From Lingula anatina (Eukaryota > Animalia > Brachiopoda), in contig CM120641.1 in assembly GCA_051362555.1 (NCBI GenBank), positions 7,316,001 through 7,380,000 on the forward strand: a DNA stretch of 64,000 bases, written 5' to 3'. The first letter of the stretch is position 1. Each line of letters starts with the position of its first letter. Shown here one piece after another: positions 25,301 through 37,109 of the stretch. Under the pieces are notes generated by a model. The model searched no databases. It was not told where the DNA came from and worked only from the letters and a program-made list of their open reading frames with translations. Both the position numbers and the translations under genes were made by a program.

Positions 25301-28300
25301 GTACTGAAGTACAGTAATAATTACTAATTGCAACCAGAATCAGTTACAGCTTTTGTTGAAGATCAATACCAGTGATGTAGTTTAGACTGTCATTTGAAAC
25401 ATTACAAATGGACAGTCTAGGTTGAATTTCGAAAATATGTTCAAGTTGATGAAACAGCCCTGCCAGATGAAATATAATGGTGATTTAAAGAATAAGAAGA
25501 CCTGAGAAGACTCCATATATTTTAATTTTTTACTTTATTTTCCTTAGTTTTTGGAGTTTGCAAAGGGGATATTATATAATAGGCAAAGGGTACTAAAGAT
25601 CGAAAGAATGATAAGACATTAATAAAAAAATACTGCCCCATTTTATATCCTATATCAGGCAGCAGTTATATAAGTTTTGTTTTGTACATGAAGCTTTTCA
25701 GTACAATATAAGGAAGAAAGATTTGTCGATGAGAGTATTGCAGGCATGGTAAGTGTGTGTCATCATGGCTTTTCTTTCTTTGAGCCTCTGTGTCATATGT
25801 TATGAATACCCTCAGGAAGGTTTTGCTCAGTGTAGCTCCAAAAGAGAAAAATGGAATGGTGAACAAGCAGTGGATGCCAGCATGTGTGCACTAACATGAT
25901 CGCACTCTATTGCACACGCGTTTGTACACACACACACACACACACAGTTATGCATTGGAAATATAAAAATATTAGATGTTTAGTATCTGAAAAACATTGC
26001 TTTGGATTACCAGTATGTAATAAATACAGCTTGAAAATGCCAAGTCTAGGCTTTATTTTTGAATGGAGGCAATTTATTACATAGTGTGCTCAAAATATCC
26101 TATGTAATGAATTGGTGCACTTTGAAGGAGAGGAGAAATGTGGAGATGTTTAGGTTTTCACCTGAAACACACATCTTCTCATTTATTGTTGGGTCATGTT
26201 CTTCTAAGTACCAATGTGGCACTGGAAGGAATTTTTCAGCCCAAATCTTGAAGCTTTTATCGACAAAAGTGCAAACGTGCAATTCTGACTTGAAAATTGG
26301 AGATAGAGCACCAGTATCGTTTAAGGAAACTTTTTTACACTGGGAGTTTCAATATGACTGCAGGCCATCTGTGGGACTATTTATTTCCTAGAAAGTCCCT
26401 GGGTTCTAACTTCTTAAAACTCATTTGTGACTAATGAATCACATTGTATATACATTTTTTTAAAATATGTCTTTTACTCTAAAGAATCGAAATGTGTTGC
26501 CCAATTCCTCGGGCAAGTTAATAACAATCTAAACAGGTGAATGAAATTATATGCTGCTTTTTTCATGACTCTATAATTGACCCTGTTATTTTTGGCATCT
26601 TTGAATTGTGTATATTTGTATTAGGTTTGTTTTTTTATTGAAAGATCAACTTAAAAGCAAAGAAAGTCATTCTTTGAAAATCAAAATAAGTATGAATGAA
26701 ACCCACAGTATGGCTTGAGCATTTATACTTTTTTTAAGATCAGGAAAATAATGTGATGTTAACATTGCCTTAAGATTGTGATAGAAAGTTATTGAAAGCA
26801 TTTTTGATATGCATTTCATAGAGAACTATGCCTCACAATTTTCCTGCTTTACTTTAAATCATTAAGATGGCATTGCCTGAACCCAGAAGACAGAACAAGG
26901 CAAGAGAGTTTGTCAAGGGCACTAAACTGCATTTAACCATCACTGCTGCACAGATTGTTCATCGGCATTTGTTCTGTTTTATCTTACAGATAGCATGCAA
27001 TGTCTTCAGGACATTGCCTCCCACAGACCCAGAGTTTGACCCCGAGGAAGATGACCCATCGTTAGAGGTGTCATGGCCACACCTACAGGTACACTGGCCC
27101 CGCCATGCTACCTCTGTCGTAGCTCACACTTAGGTGTACTCTTCCCCCATATTAGTTGTGTTCTTTAGTAGCACCCTTTGCTGGTCTGTCTTTTCCAGAT
27201 TGCATGCAATATATTCAGGACGCTGCCCCCAAGTGATAATCCCTCTGATTTTGACCCCGAGGAGGATGACCCTACTCTCGAAGCATCATGGCCTCATCTA
27301 CAGGTACAGAGTATTTCAAAATCTTGGTAGCACCCAAAGAAATTGAAGGATGAAGTCAAAAAGGATTGATTAATGAATACTTATCAAGGGTTACTGCTTT
27401 ATGGTGTCAGTGGTTACATAGCTTTACTCCGTGATCATTTAGTGGTGAAGTACATAAAACATGCATGAAGTAAACATCTGTTCAAGCTATTGCTTGTGCA
27501 TCTTTATGTTGTTCTCATGAATGCATATGTATATATATATATATATATAAATTTTGACAGAGTATTATCTCTAAGTGGAATGAATTCTGCCTGGGATTCT
27601 GCTTGATGTCTGCAAGTCTGTCTTGCTTTTTATGTACATTACTTTAGTTGACTGCTTCTACCACTGATTATGCAGTACTATATGATCATTTACATATTGT
27701 AGAATGTGCCTTCTTGTACAATTTACTTTTGGTGCTGGGTGCCTTATTTTGAAATCCTCTGTAAACCTATCCTTTGCATTTCACTGTTTATATCCTTGTC
27801 ACCTGTTTGGCTTATATTTGAAAAAAAATCGTGATTTTTGAAGAATGTGTGGGTCATCTAAAAAAACAGGGGATGTGATACTTGGGTGCATCTAATTCTT
27901 TTGATTTTTACATCTAATGCTATACTATTTTGCTGTGCTTGTACTAGTGTGTGATTGTTTTTCCCTTTTTTTTTTCAGTACAAACAAAAAAAAAATTAAG
28001 ATGAGCTAACACTTTTTTGTTCACTTTGCCATTCATTTGTTATGTAATTTCCTAGGCTGAAAAAACTGATATAGTTTGCTTAAAAAAATGATACTGGTGA
28101 GTGTGCAGTCTTTTGTGTGGGATCCCAGATGGTTGTAAGATATGCTGCCATTGTAACAAATAAGATAACCATTTCCTCCTCATTAAAACATGATTAAGAT
28201 TGACTTAGAAGTTGACTTTTTTCTTTAATTTTAATTTAATTTGTGCATATGTGACTTAAAATGTGATTTGAGAAATGAGCAGTAAATTAAAAACTAGTAA

Positions 28301-31300
28301 TGGAGTGTGTTTGAGCAGAGTAATAGAACATGTCTTAAACTGCATGCTTTGACTAAATTCATCTGCGACTGTAAAATTCATAAATAAACTAGTGCATTAT
28401 TGCATAGGAATGTGGAGTTAAAGACTGAAAGAAAGTGCCTAATATGATTGCGGCTGATAATATTGTTAATGCATGATTCTCAGTGGTGTGCTGAAGTGTG
28501 GAATATTATGTTAAATTTTAATGTCTTATCTAACATCTTTGCAATGTAGTGTCTTGTAGAGCTTATTACAAGGCTGAATTTGATGATCATGATAAGCTTG
28601 ATTATTATGCATAACATATAACCTCCTCTTTTCTGAGTTCATTTAATGAAAGTGACCCACTATATCTATAATATTTTTGTTGAATTAAAGAAGAGATAGA
28701 ATTCCTGTTGAACATTCTATTTGTTTTGATTGTAATCTTCTCATTTCTCCAGTTTGTGTATGAGTTTTTCCTCCGGTTCTTGGAATCACCAGATTTCCAA
28801 CCCAGCTTGGCCAAGAAATATATTGACCAAAAGTTTGTCCTGCAGGTAAGGATAATTACTTTGCATTAATTAGTGCAAGTCAATCATAGAGTTAACAGCT
28901 TGTATGACCCCAGGCCTTGTAATGTGAGTTCACTCAGCTGAGGTTAATGATGGGACTGCACCAGTCCTCAATTGGAGTTAATGCATTATGATAGCAAACT
29001 CATCTCCCCAACTAGTAACAGTAATAAGTAAACTAAATGACATAGAGGCCCGTAGGAGCTTGCTTTTTTATATTTTATTTATTATAATTATTATTATTGT
29101 TTTTATTTATTTATTTATTTATTTTAGATAACAAGCTCCTCTTAAAATAGTTAAAGTTGAATTTGTTTGCTATAATACCCCAAACAGGCAAATGTGAGAT
29201 GGACAGGTCATTTTAATCAATTAGAAGGATAATTAAACTATTTTTATCTGTTGATAGATGAAAGGGGAATTATCATGATATACATGAATGATGGAGCAAT
29301 TTTTTAGACCCAGATTTTCCTAAATGATTCTAAAAATCCTGATCTGTAAAAACCAGTCCGTCATTTAGATAAGACTTTTGTTATGTTCATTAATGTGTCT
29401 TTGTAATATTTAGTCTCTACGAACCAGGAACCCTGGCCTCAGAGAAAATGTAGCAGCTAGACTTGTAGGTGACTTGCAGATACAATAATTTTAAATAAAT
29501 TAAGTGAAATTTGACCCCAAGTGGGCAGTGAAGGTCTTGAAGAATCACAAGTCAAAACAGTCCAAGCTAGATCTTCATGGATTTGAGTTTGATTCAGGTA
29601 TTTGATCAATAACCCTGCAATCCAAATGAGGAGGAAGAAACCAAATGAAATGAGATATGAATTTGATGCATAAGGGGTGGATACAAAAATAAGTTGTGTC
29701 CTGACATTCAATTTTTTTCTCCAAAACTTAATGCTTTAATGAATATAATCAGATACTACTTACTGCGTCACAGGTTTTTTTCCTTGTCTGTTAAATTCCA
29801 AGCCCAGGAGAATTAAATGGCATGACCTTCAGTGTACAAATCATAGTTACAAAAACACATAACCACAATTGAAGTGTCTTAAAGGTTCTTCGCTTCTTGG
29901 CCATTGCAGCTTCTCTGTTGACAAAATGCACTGTCCAGTATCTTTTAGGTTAGTTTGCAGAATTCCAGAATGTAGTAAGAAATATTAAAGATGTACTATT
30001 TTGAATTTCAGCTTCTAGAATTGTTTGACAGTGAGGACCCTAGAGAAAGGGAATTTCTCAAGACAGTCTTGCATCGGATATATGGTAAATTCTTAGGTCT
30101 CCGAGCTTTCATTAGGAAACAAATCAACAATTTTTTTCTGAGGTAAGTTGTTTTAGTAATCAATAGAAATATAACACTTTATTATGTTGTTTTAGCCTAG
30201 TAGGTGTATAAAATAAAGAAATCAGATTTTTCAGCGTAATGAGGAGACCTCTTTGATTGAACATTTGGAAATTCATTTATTTTATTTATATTTATATTTA
30301 TCTTTGAGGCATTGTTTTCCAAATTTAAGTGATACATATGCATATTGCTTTTGTACACAATTCGTGTAAGTATTGAAATATCCTTCAGGATTCAGTGTAA
30401 TCCGATATACTCTGTTCCCGTCTTGTTATACATCATTATGGCTGCCCAGATGCATAACAAATCTGATTGATACAAGCAAAGTATTAGATTCGTTGACTCT
30501 CTAGTAATCAAATTTTACACTATTTCTTTTAGACCTGAATGCCATTACCCAGAAAATGACTTTATAAATGTCAAATCCTTTGGGGCTGTGTTATAAAGTA
30601 TACTGAAGGGGTTTTAGAAAATCAGCTTCAGATATGCCTTCATTGTGTCTGATTCTTACCACTCTTTGTAAATAACTATCTTGACACCTGTGAACCTCAG
30701 TATATTAACTGAAGAAACATGAAGACTATATTGGATAAGGCATTTCTGTTTATGTCTTTTTTTTTTTCATTCCATGTTTAATTACCACTAGCATGAAATG
30801 AAAGCTCATTAAATGCAAAAATATCAGTCCCTCCTGAGGGTTGTTTTGTGTTCTAGCATACAGATCTGAGCATGTCAGTAATGATATGTTTTTGCAGCAT
30901 GGAACAAATTTTTAGGTTTAAAGTACAAGCTTTGATGCTATCTCACAGGAAGGATAGTTGGAGCAGGAATTTCCAGGAAGCTCGACATTGCTTTATGAAT
31001 ACATAGATGTGTTTGTGTAGTTCGTTTCTTCTGGTAATTGGAGGCCGTTGCAGAACATTACCTCTGTTTTGATAAGGGTCTCATGTTCAATAGCCATTGC
31101 AAGGTTGATGATTTAATGTCCTTTGTTTATTTCTAGGTTCATTTATGAGACAGAATCCTTCAATGGTGTTGGAGAATTATTAGAGATTCTTGGCAGGTAA
31201 GAATTATTAAATAATGATCTACTGAAGCAGGTGCGCATTTACTTATGATGATATTTATAATCTATAGAAATTGTTGTCCTTACATAGACATTGAATGAAA

Positions 31301-32948
31301 GATTGTTCAAAATGTATGTTTATGTCTGTGGAATTTTATTTTATTTTCTTATCTATTAATGTACATGTTCATTTTTTTTTTTTCAACACTGGTAAACATG
31401 TAACAAATGATGAAGATATTATGCAAGGTTCAGTGATCTTACATTCAATTTTCTTTTTGCAGCATAATCAATGGATTTGCATTACCATTGAAAGTAGAAC
31501 ATAAACAGTTCTTAACAAAGGTCTTAATTCCACTCCACAAAGCCAAATCCCTTAGTCTCTATCATGCACAGGTGAGGTAGATTCCTGGCACTTCAAATTA
31601 AATTTGTGTCCTTACAGTAATTTTATACTTCTTTTGGGAAAAGGAAGCATGAGTGTCCTCAAAAGTTCAAACCATATTTATGTTATTAATTTTGTTTATC
31701 TTGTTAAACCAATTTGTATTTCCTGGAAAATTGACGAACATATTTATGATATGTTGCAATCTTATTCCACTTATGCATTTAGCAGTACCTCTTTATAAAA
31801 AAAGTTTTAGCAACTATCCCTGGAGTTTTGTATGCTGTTTGTTAGACATGACCCATTCTTATTATTGTTTTTTATTATTTGCTTTCCAGCTAGCTTACTG
31901 TGTTGTACAGTTTCTAGAAAAGGATGCAACACTCACAGAACCAGTAAGTAGATCTGTCATAAATATTCATGTTTCAACAGTAATGAGATCATCATTTTGA
32001 CTTAATTGTTACCTTGGAGGCCCGTCTGATCGAAGCGGGGCTTCAGCAATTCAGGTTCAGGGAAAAAATACTTAACTGTGATTGATATCCTCACTCTGAA
32101 ACATTATCAATCTGAAGTATTGAATTAACCATGCATTTTGGGATAAAACTCGATCCTAAATATAAAATATGAAAGTAAAATCAATTCAAGCAGGATGGTT
32201 TATTTTAACATGTTATTTCTTTGATGAATTTTTAGGTTGTCAGAGGATTGCTTAAATTTTGGCCGAAGACATGTAGCCAGAAAGAAGTAAGTGATTGTTA
32301 TTTGAAGATAAAATAAACTTGATGATTGATAGCATGATTGATTATAGATTGGAGAAAATAATGGTTGCTGAAAAAATATTAATGCTGATTTAAGTAGGTA
32401 AAGATGGAGTTTTCTATTGTTGAAACATTAGGTGTGCTATCTTTTGTGTAAAATAATGATACATAAATTAACTGAAGTAGAAACCATCAAAAATTTTTTA
32501 TCTTGTCATTTTATGGTAATCTTAAATTAGTTGATAATGGTGTATATTTTTGTGAAAGTTACATTTAAATGTGCATTTTATGTAATTTTTTTTAACCACT
32601 AGGTGATGTTTCTTGGAGAAATTGAAGAGATACTGGACGTCATTGAACCTACTCAGTTTCAGAAAATTCAGGAACCTCTGTTCAAACAGATTGCAAGATG
32701 TGTGTCCAGTCCACATTTTCAGGTACAGCTAAAATAGAAGTAAAACAATAGATGCTCAATTTTGAATCTTCCCTCTGGAAATGATACTAATGAAGAACTG
32801 CTAAAATAGACAAGTTTGTCAAGCCCACATTCTTTTTTATCATTATGTGACTGTATAGTTTTACAAGTGCATAATATTTGTAACATTTGAATAATATCTG
32901 AAAGCTTAGGAAGCTACCCCCCCCCCCCCCCCCACACACACACACAAA

Positions 32949-32991
<43 letters not shown>

Positions 32992-33723
32992 AAGAGCTAG
33001 GAAGCTTATTATGTACAATGCATCTAATTTGTAACCCTACACAATTTAGCCTACTGTCAATATAAGTTTTATCTCTTTTTCTAGGTGGCAGAGAGAGCAC
33101 TGTACTACTGGAATAATGAATACTTAATGAGCCTGATAGAGGAGAATTCCAACATTATCATGCCTATTATGTTTCCTGCACTGTACCGGATTTCCAAAGA
33201 ACATTGGAACCAAACCATAGTGGCACTGGTCTACAATGTCCTTAAAACATTCATGGAGATGAATGGGAAACTGTTTGATGAACTCACATCAAATTACAAA
33301 GCAGACAGGCAAAAGTAAGCATATTTTTGTGTCCTTGTCAAAGAGTTTTCTGGATGATTTCAATGTATACTTGGGGAAGTTGGGTGAAATTAATTTGTGT
33401 TGGCCTTTGTCTCTCCTGATGACTTGTTGCATCTCACATTTTTGGACTGAAAGTGTAAGCACATGGCTGCCTCAGTTTAGTTTTTGCTTATATAAGATAT
33501 TATTATTTCGAATCACTTCCATGAATCTTGATGTTCTGATCTTCTTGCATAAACATTATATAGGTGATGTAATGTCCCTTTTTAGTGCTTTTTTATTATT
33601 TATTATTATTTAGCATTTACTTTGATATTTTTCAGAGAAAAGAAAAAAGAGAAAGAAAGAGAAGAGCTGTGGAAGAAACTAGAGAAACTAGAACTCAAAG
33701 ACAAAGCCAAGCTTGCCAGCTGA
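10355..33723 (+). CDS. PPP2R5E: Serine/threonine-protein phosphatase 2A 56 kDa regulatory subunit (B56/B', alpha/beta/epsilon-widerborst type, most like epsilon), ~456-458 aa
   Basis: Exons: 10355-10493, 24381-24577, [26990-27088 or 27199-27303], 28753-28845, 30012-30142, 31137-31196, 31463-31571, 31890-31943, 32236-32286, 32603-32722, 33085-33314, 33636-33723. All introns are GT-AG and phase-consistent. Motifs: [107 protein letters not shown]. The paralog name is approximate because invertebrate genes are co-orthologous to PPP2R5A/B/E. Confidence 0.96.
15428..15831 (-). repeat. 3' LTR (404 bp)
   Basis: Direct repeat of 18124-18527 (offset 2696). TG...CA termini; minus-strand AATAAA at ~15468-15473. 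Confidence 0.95.
16177..17116 (-). pseudogene. Retrotransposon gag (coiled-coil N-terminus plus capsid/SCAN-like domain), split by one frameshift and fused to the last ~21 aa of RNase H
   Basis: ORF 17116-16775 ([24 protein letters not shown], then E/R/Q coiled coil) overlaps in another frame with ORF 16809-16177 ([61 protein letters not shown]). The second ORF ends [21 protein letters not shown], an RNase H C-terminal ADxLSR motif. Confidence 0.85.
17402..17831. repeat. 80-bp tandem repeat (~5.4 copies) in the retroelement leader
   Basis: The T(G/A)CTAACCAC anchor recurs at 17461, 17541, 17621, 17701 and 17781. Confidence 0.95.
18104..18120 (-). other. Primer-binding site complementary to the tRNA-Pro 3' end
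   Basis: Minus-strand TGGGGGCTCGTCCGGGA begins 3 nt after the 5' LTR and matches 17 nt of the canonical tRNA-Pro PBS (TGGGGGCTCGTCCGGGAT). Confidence 0.9.
18124..18527 (-). repeat. 5' LTR (404 bp)
   Basis: Direct repeat of 15428-15831, followed on the minus strand by the PBS. Confidence 0.95.
26990..27088 (+). CDS. B56 alternative exon 3a (33 aa, [33 protein letters not shown])
   Basis: ttacag acceptor, gtacac donor, phase 0-0, 99 nt. Paralogous to the adjacent exon 3b. Confidence 0.8.
27199..27303 (+). CDS. B56 alternative exon 3b (35 aa, [35 protein letters not shown])
   Basis: ttccag acceptor, gtacag donor, phase 0-0, 105 nt. Closest to the canonical B56 sequence. Confidence 0.9.
32917..32993. 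repeat. Compound microsatellite poly(C)-(AC)n-(AAAT)n
   Basis: Read directly from the sequence. Confidence 0.9.
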
Positions 33724-36700
33724 ATGGACATGTTATCAATATAAGGAGAAACTGTGCTGATTTGTGATTGCTGACAAGACACTACACACACATATATATA
33801 AACACACTCAAACATGTTAACTGTAATCATTAATGAGGAAAAACCAGTCATACATTCATGTGCACAGACAGTTTCTGCTGGATTACTTTGCACTGTCTGT
33901 GTTTATCACTGTTGAAAAGACCTGGTATGTCCAATTTGATGATAGCTTCACCATATGGCGGATGTTAAACTTGAGCACTAGTAACTAATATATATATATA
34001 AATGCATAGAGATTGCTTAGGGATCAATTGTTCCTAGTCTGCAGGAATGTGGTATGATTTTTTAACCAACTTCAGTGTCATAAATGAGTGGTTATGGTGA
34101 ACCCATGGCATCTTTTCAAAATTGAAAGAGAAAAACATACACCAAGCTTTTTTTCAGAGCCTACATCCGGTTCATTTTTGAATACATATATCTTTATAAA
34201 TATATATATATATATACACACATATATATGATGGGCAACATTGCCCAGGAGCTGTGGAAGTGTCACCTCACTATGGCAGTTGCTCAAGGTTTCACGATGT
34301 AACAAATATAAATGTTGTGTGTTATCCACATGCAAGTGTGATCAGTGCCACTTGTGGAAGCTTTTTTTTTTCTCTGTAAAAAAAAAAAGAAAGAAAAAAA
34401 CAACAAAGAAAAAAAACATTGTGTGATTAGTTTGTATACTCCAAAACCAGTGTCTTAAGTTGAATCTCTGAACTATCATGCAATGTGCTGATTCTATTTA
34501 TGCTACATAAAAAGGTCAGTCACCCACTTTTTATTTTTCATTGCAAAAAATGATGGCTAATACAAATGTTAGCTTATATGTCACAACTTTGCATGAAAAT
34601 AAATGAAATAGTTACATGTTAGGTGGATTTTAACTTGTAATACAGGAATATGTATGGTTATGCAGGAAAATATTGCATTGATTTTGTTATACGCAACAAA
34701 ATGAACATCTCGTGATAACAGTGAATGTACACGTACATGGAGCCTACTTCAGGATCTTAAAGATTAACTGTTGTGCTCAATGCTTAATTGTAATAAATAA
34801 TGAAGGTTTGATGTTAATGTTATTTACACTCAGTTTGAGGGTGTAAAGCCAATATACACCATATTTTATCAGAGGGCGAACATAACATGGAAGCCCTGAC
34901 CTATTTCGGTCAAATAACTGAAAATGGTGACATTTAATGGAAAAGTTTTTTGTTGTGATTATTGATTAACATGTCACACTGCTATCTTAGCAAAGTAGTA
35001 AGTGAAGGAAAAGCCAATAAAATCAATAACCCGAATATGTAATTAAAAGGAAATATTATGTTCTACAGCTTTTTGCTATACTGACCTCGGAGAAGCAGTA
35101 TCTGTTTCTCTTTGCTTTGACTGTTGTACTTTTACTATCCCAGCTCCTGCTGATGTGAACAGCATCTCATTAGGTAGCTGTTGTTTGGGCTTGTGTGTAT
35201 CTTGTGATGTTACCTATACTTCTTAACTGTACTGTACAGAACTAGACCACCACTAGACCAGACAGGACAGGAGATATATATATATAATGGAGCAGTTGAC
35301 AATGGAGACTGCCGGAGTGATTTGATAAGAAAAAAATAAACGAGGAAAATGGTGATGAGACAACTTGTAAGAATATTGTAGAAATATGTACATTGCTGCT
35401 ATTACTGCTGGTGTAAAGCATGTGTATTATTATCATCATTATTATTATTATTATTGAACAAAAAAAAGTTGAATCTTACAACATTGTTTTGGAAGTGGGT
35501 GTGGAAAAACCACCAGGCTATGGTAAAGTCTCTAAAACTGGCACTTAAATTCGAGTTATCTTTTTTTTTCTTGAATGTTTTAGAGGGTTTACTGTATACT
35601 TGCTGTTGATTAATGCTGTGCACTAGAGTTGGACCCATTTCTATCCATTAGTTATGTAAATGCATTGTATCCTATAAGATTATTTTGTATTGTATCATTA
35701 AAGTATTGATTAAGACCAAACACTTGACTTCCTAGTTGATTAATTGGAAGGAAACTGAGGCCTAAGAAGATACCAACGGTCAGTTGAATTTCCTTGTGTA
35801 AAGCCTTTATTACAGATTTTAAATCAACCAGGTTAAATATAACATTTATTGTGGTTTGAAATCTGAGGTATTTTTTAAATTTATACTACACAACTTTTTA
35901 AACATGGATTTTAGACTAGTTTCAGGAGAGAACTCTATATTTGAATACCAAAACTGGTCTAACTTTTAAACCAAAATTTGATTTCAAGATAAGTTCACAG
36001 TTGCCCTCTTAAGAAAGAAAGTACAGATCAGATACATTCCCTATCTTGTTGTCATTGGACTGGACTAAAACTCGTCAATCCTGGGTCAAAAATTGTCTAA
36101 TTGGTCAATGTAGCAAAAAAAAAAAGTTCACAAATTTTGATGCAATTTTAGGCTACATAGTTATTTAAGGGGGGGGGGGGGGGGAGAGTGGTGTTTAAAA
36201 TTTCAACTGAACCTACTTTTGGAGTGAATGCCCTTCAAATTCTAAATTTATTGTGAGAAAACTTATAGTATTAGAAGAACTGGAAATGCATGACCATCTG
36301 TTAAAAGCATAATGCTGTTCCTGGTGATTTTAATGTGAATTTGGTTGAACATATGCATAATAGATTCTTAATAGTGTCAAAGATCAGCATGAGAGTTAAA
36401 ATTGTTCTTTAAAATATTGAATCCCAAAATTAACAGTGTATAAATTTACAAGGCATCTGTAAAATCAGGCTTGATGACAACTGCTCAAGTCAGCTAACTA
36501 TACGTCTGTAATATTCATAACAAACATCTCCATATAACAGCAGTAACAGTAAGCAGGATATCATTTATTTGATGATATTAAAATTATGTAACAGTTTTAA
36601 AAGACATGACTTCTATTCATTTATTTGCACCAAGCATAAGACTAGTTCATCATACAAAATAACTCTATTACATGTAATTAAAGCTCATGGGTTGACTTAA

Positions 36701-37109
36701 TAATTCAAGTGATAAAAAAGCACTTGAGCCAAGTTACTAAGACATTGCACTTTACAAACAAATTAAATAGTAAATGAGTCTGATGAACTGCTTCAGTTTT
36801 TACTACAAATTTAATCAAGACTAAATGTACACTTAAGCCATAAAAATACTAAGCTGGCTCAAAGTACATCAGATTACTCCAGAAATTTTATGTGGATAAT
36901 AATTTAACATGATAATTAATTTTATGAGTTCATTGCCTTAATGCACGCTACATGAGCAACTTTAAAATTCAAAAAGGAAGCAATTTATATATATGTACAA
37001 CATAGCGCATTTTTGTGTATGGGCAAAAAGTTTACTCTGTTACAATTTTACGCAGAAATTCACAGTTCTTATGACACTTATTTTTGACAATTTCTTTCAA
37101 AAAGATGCT

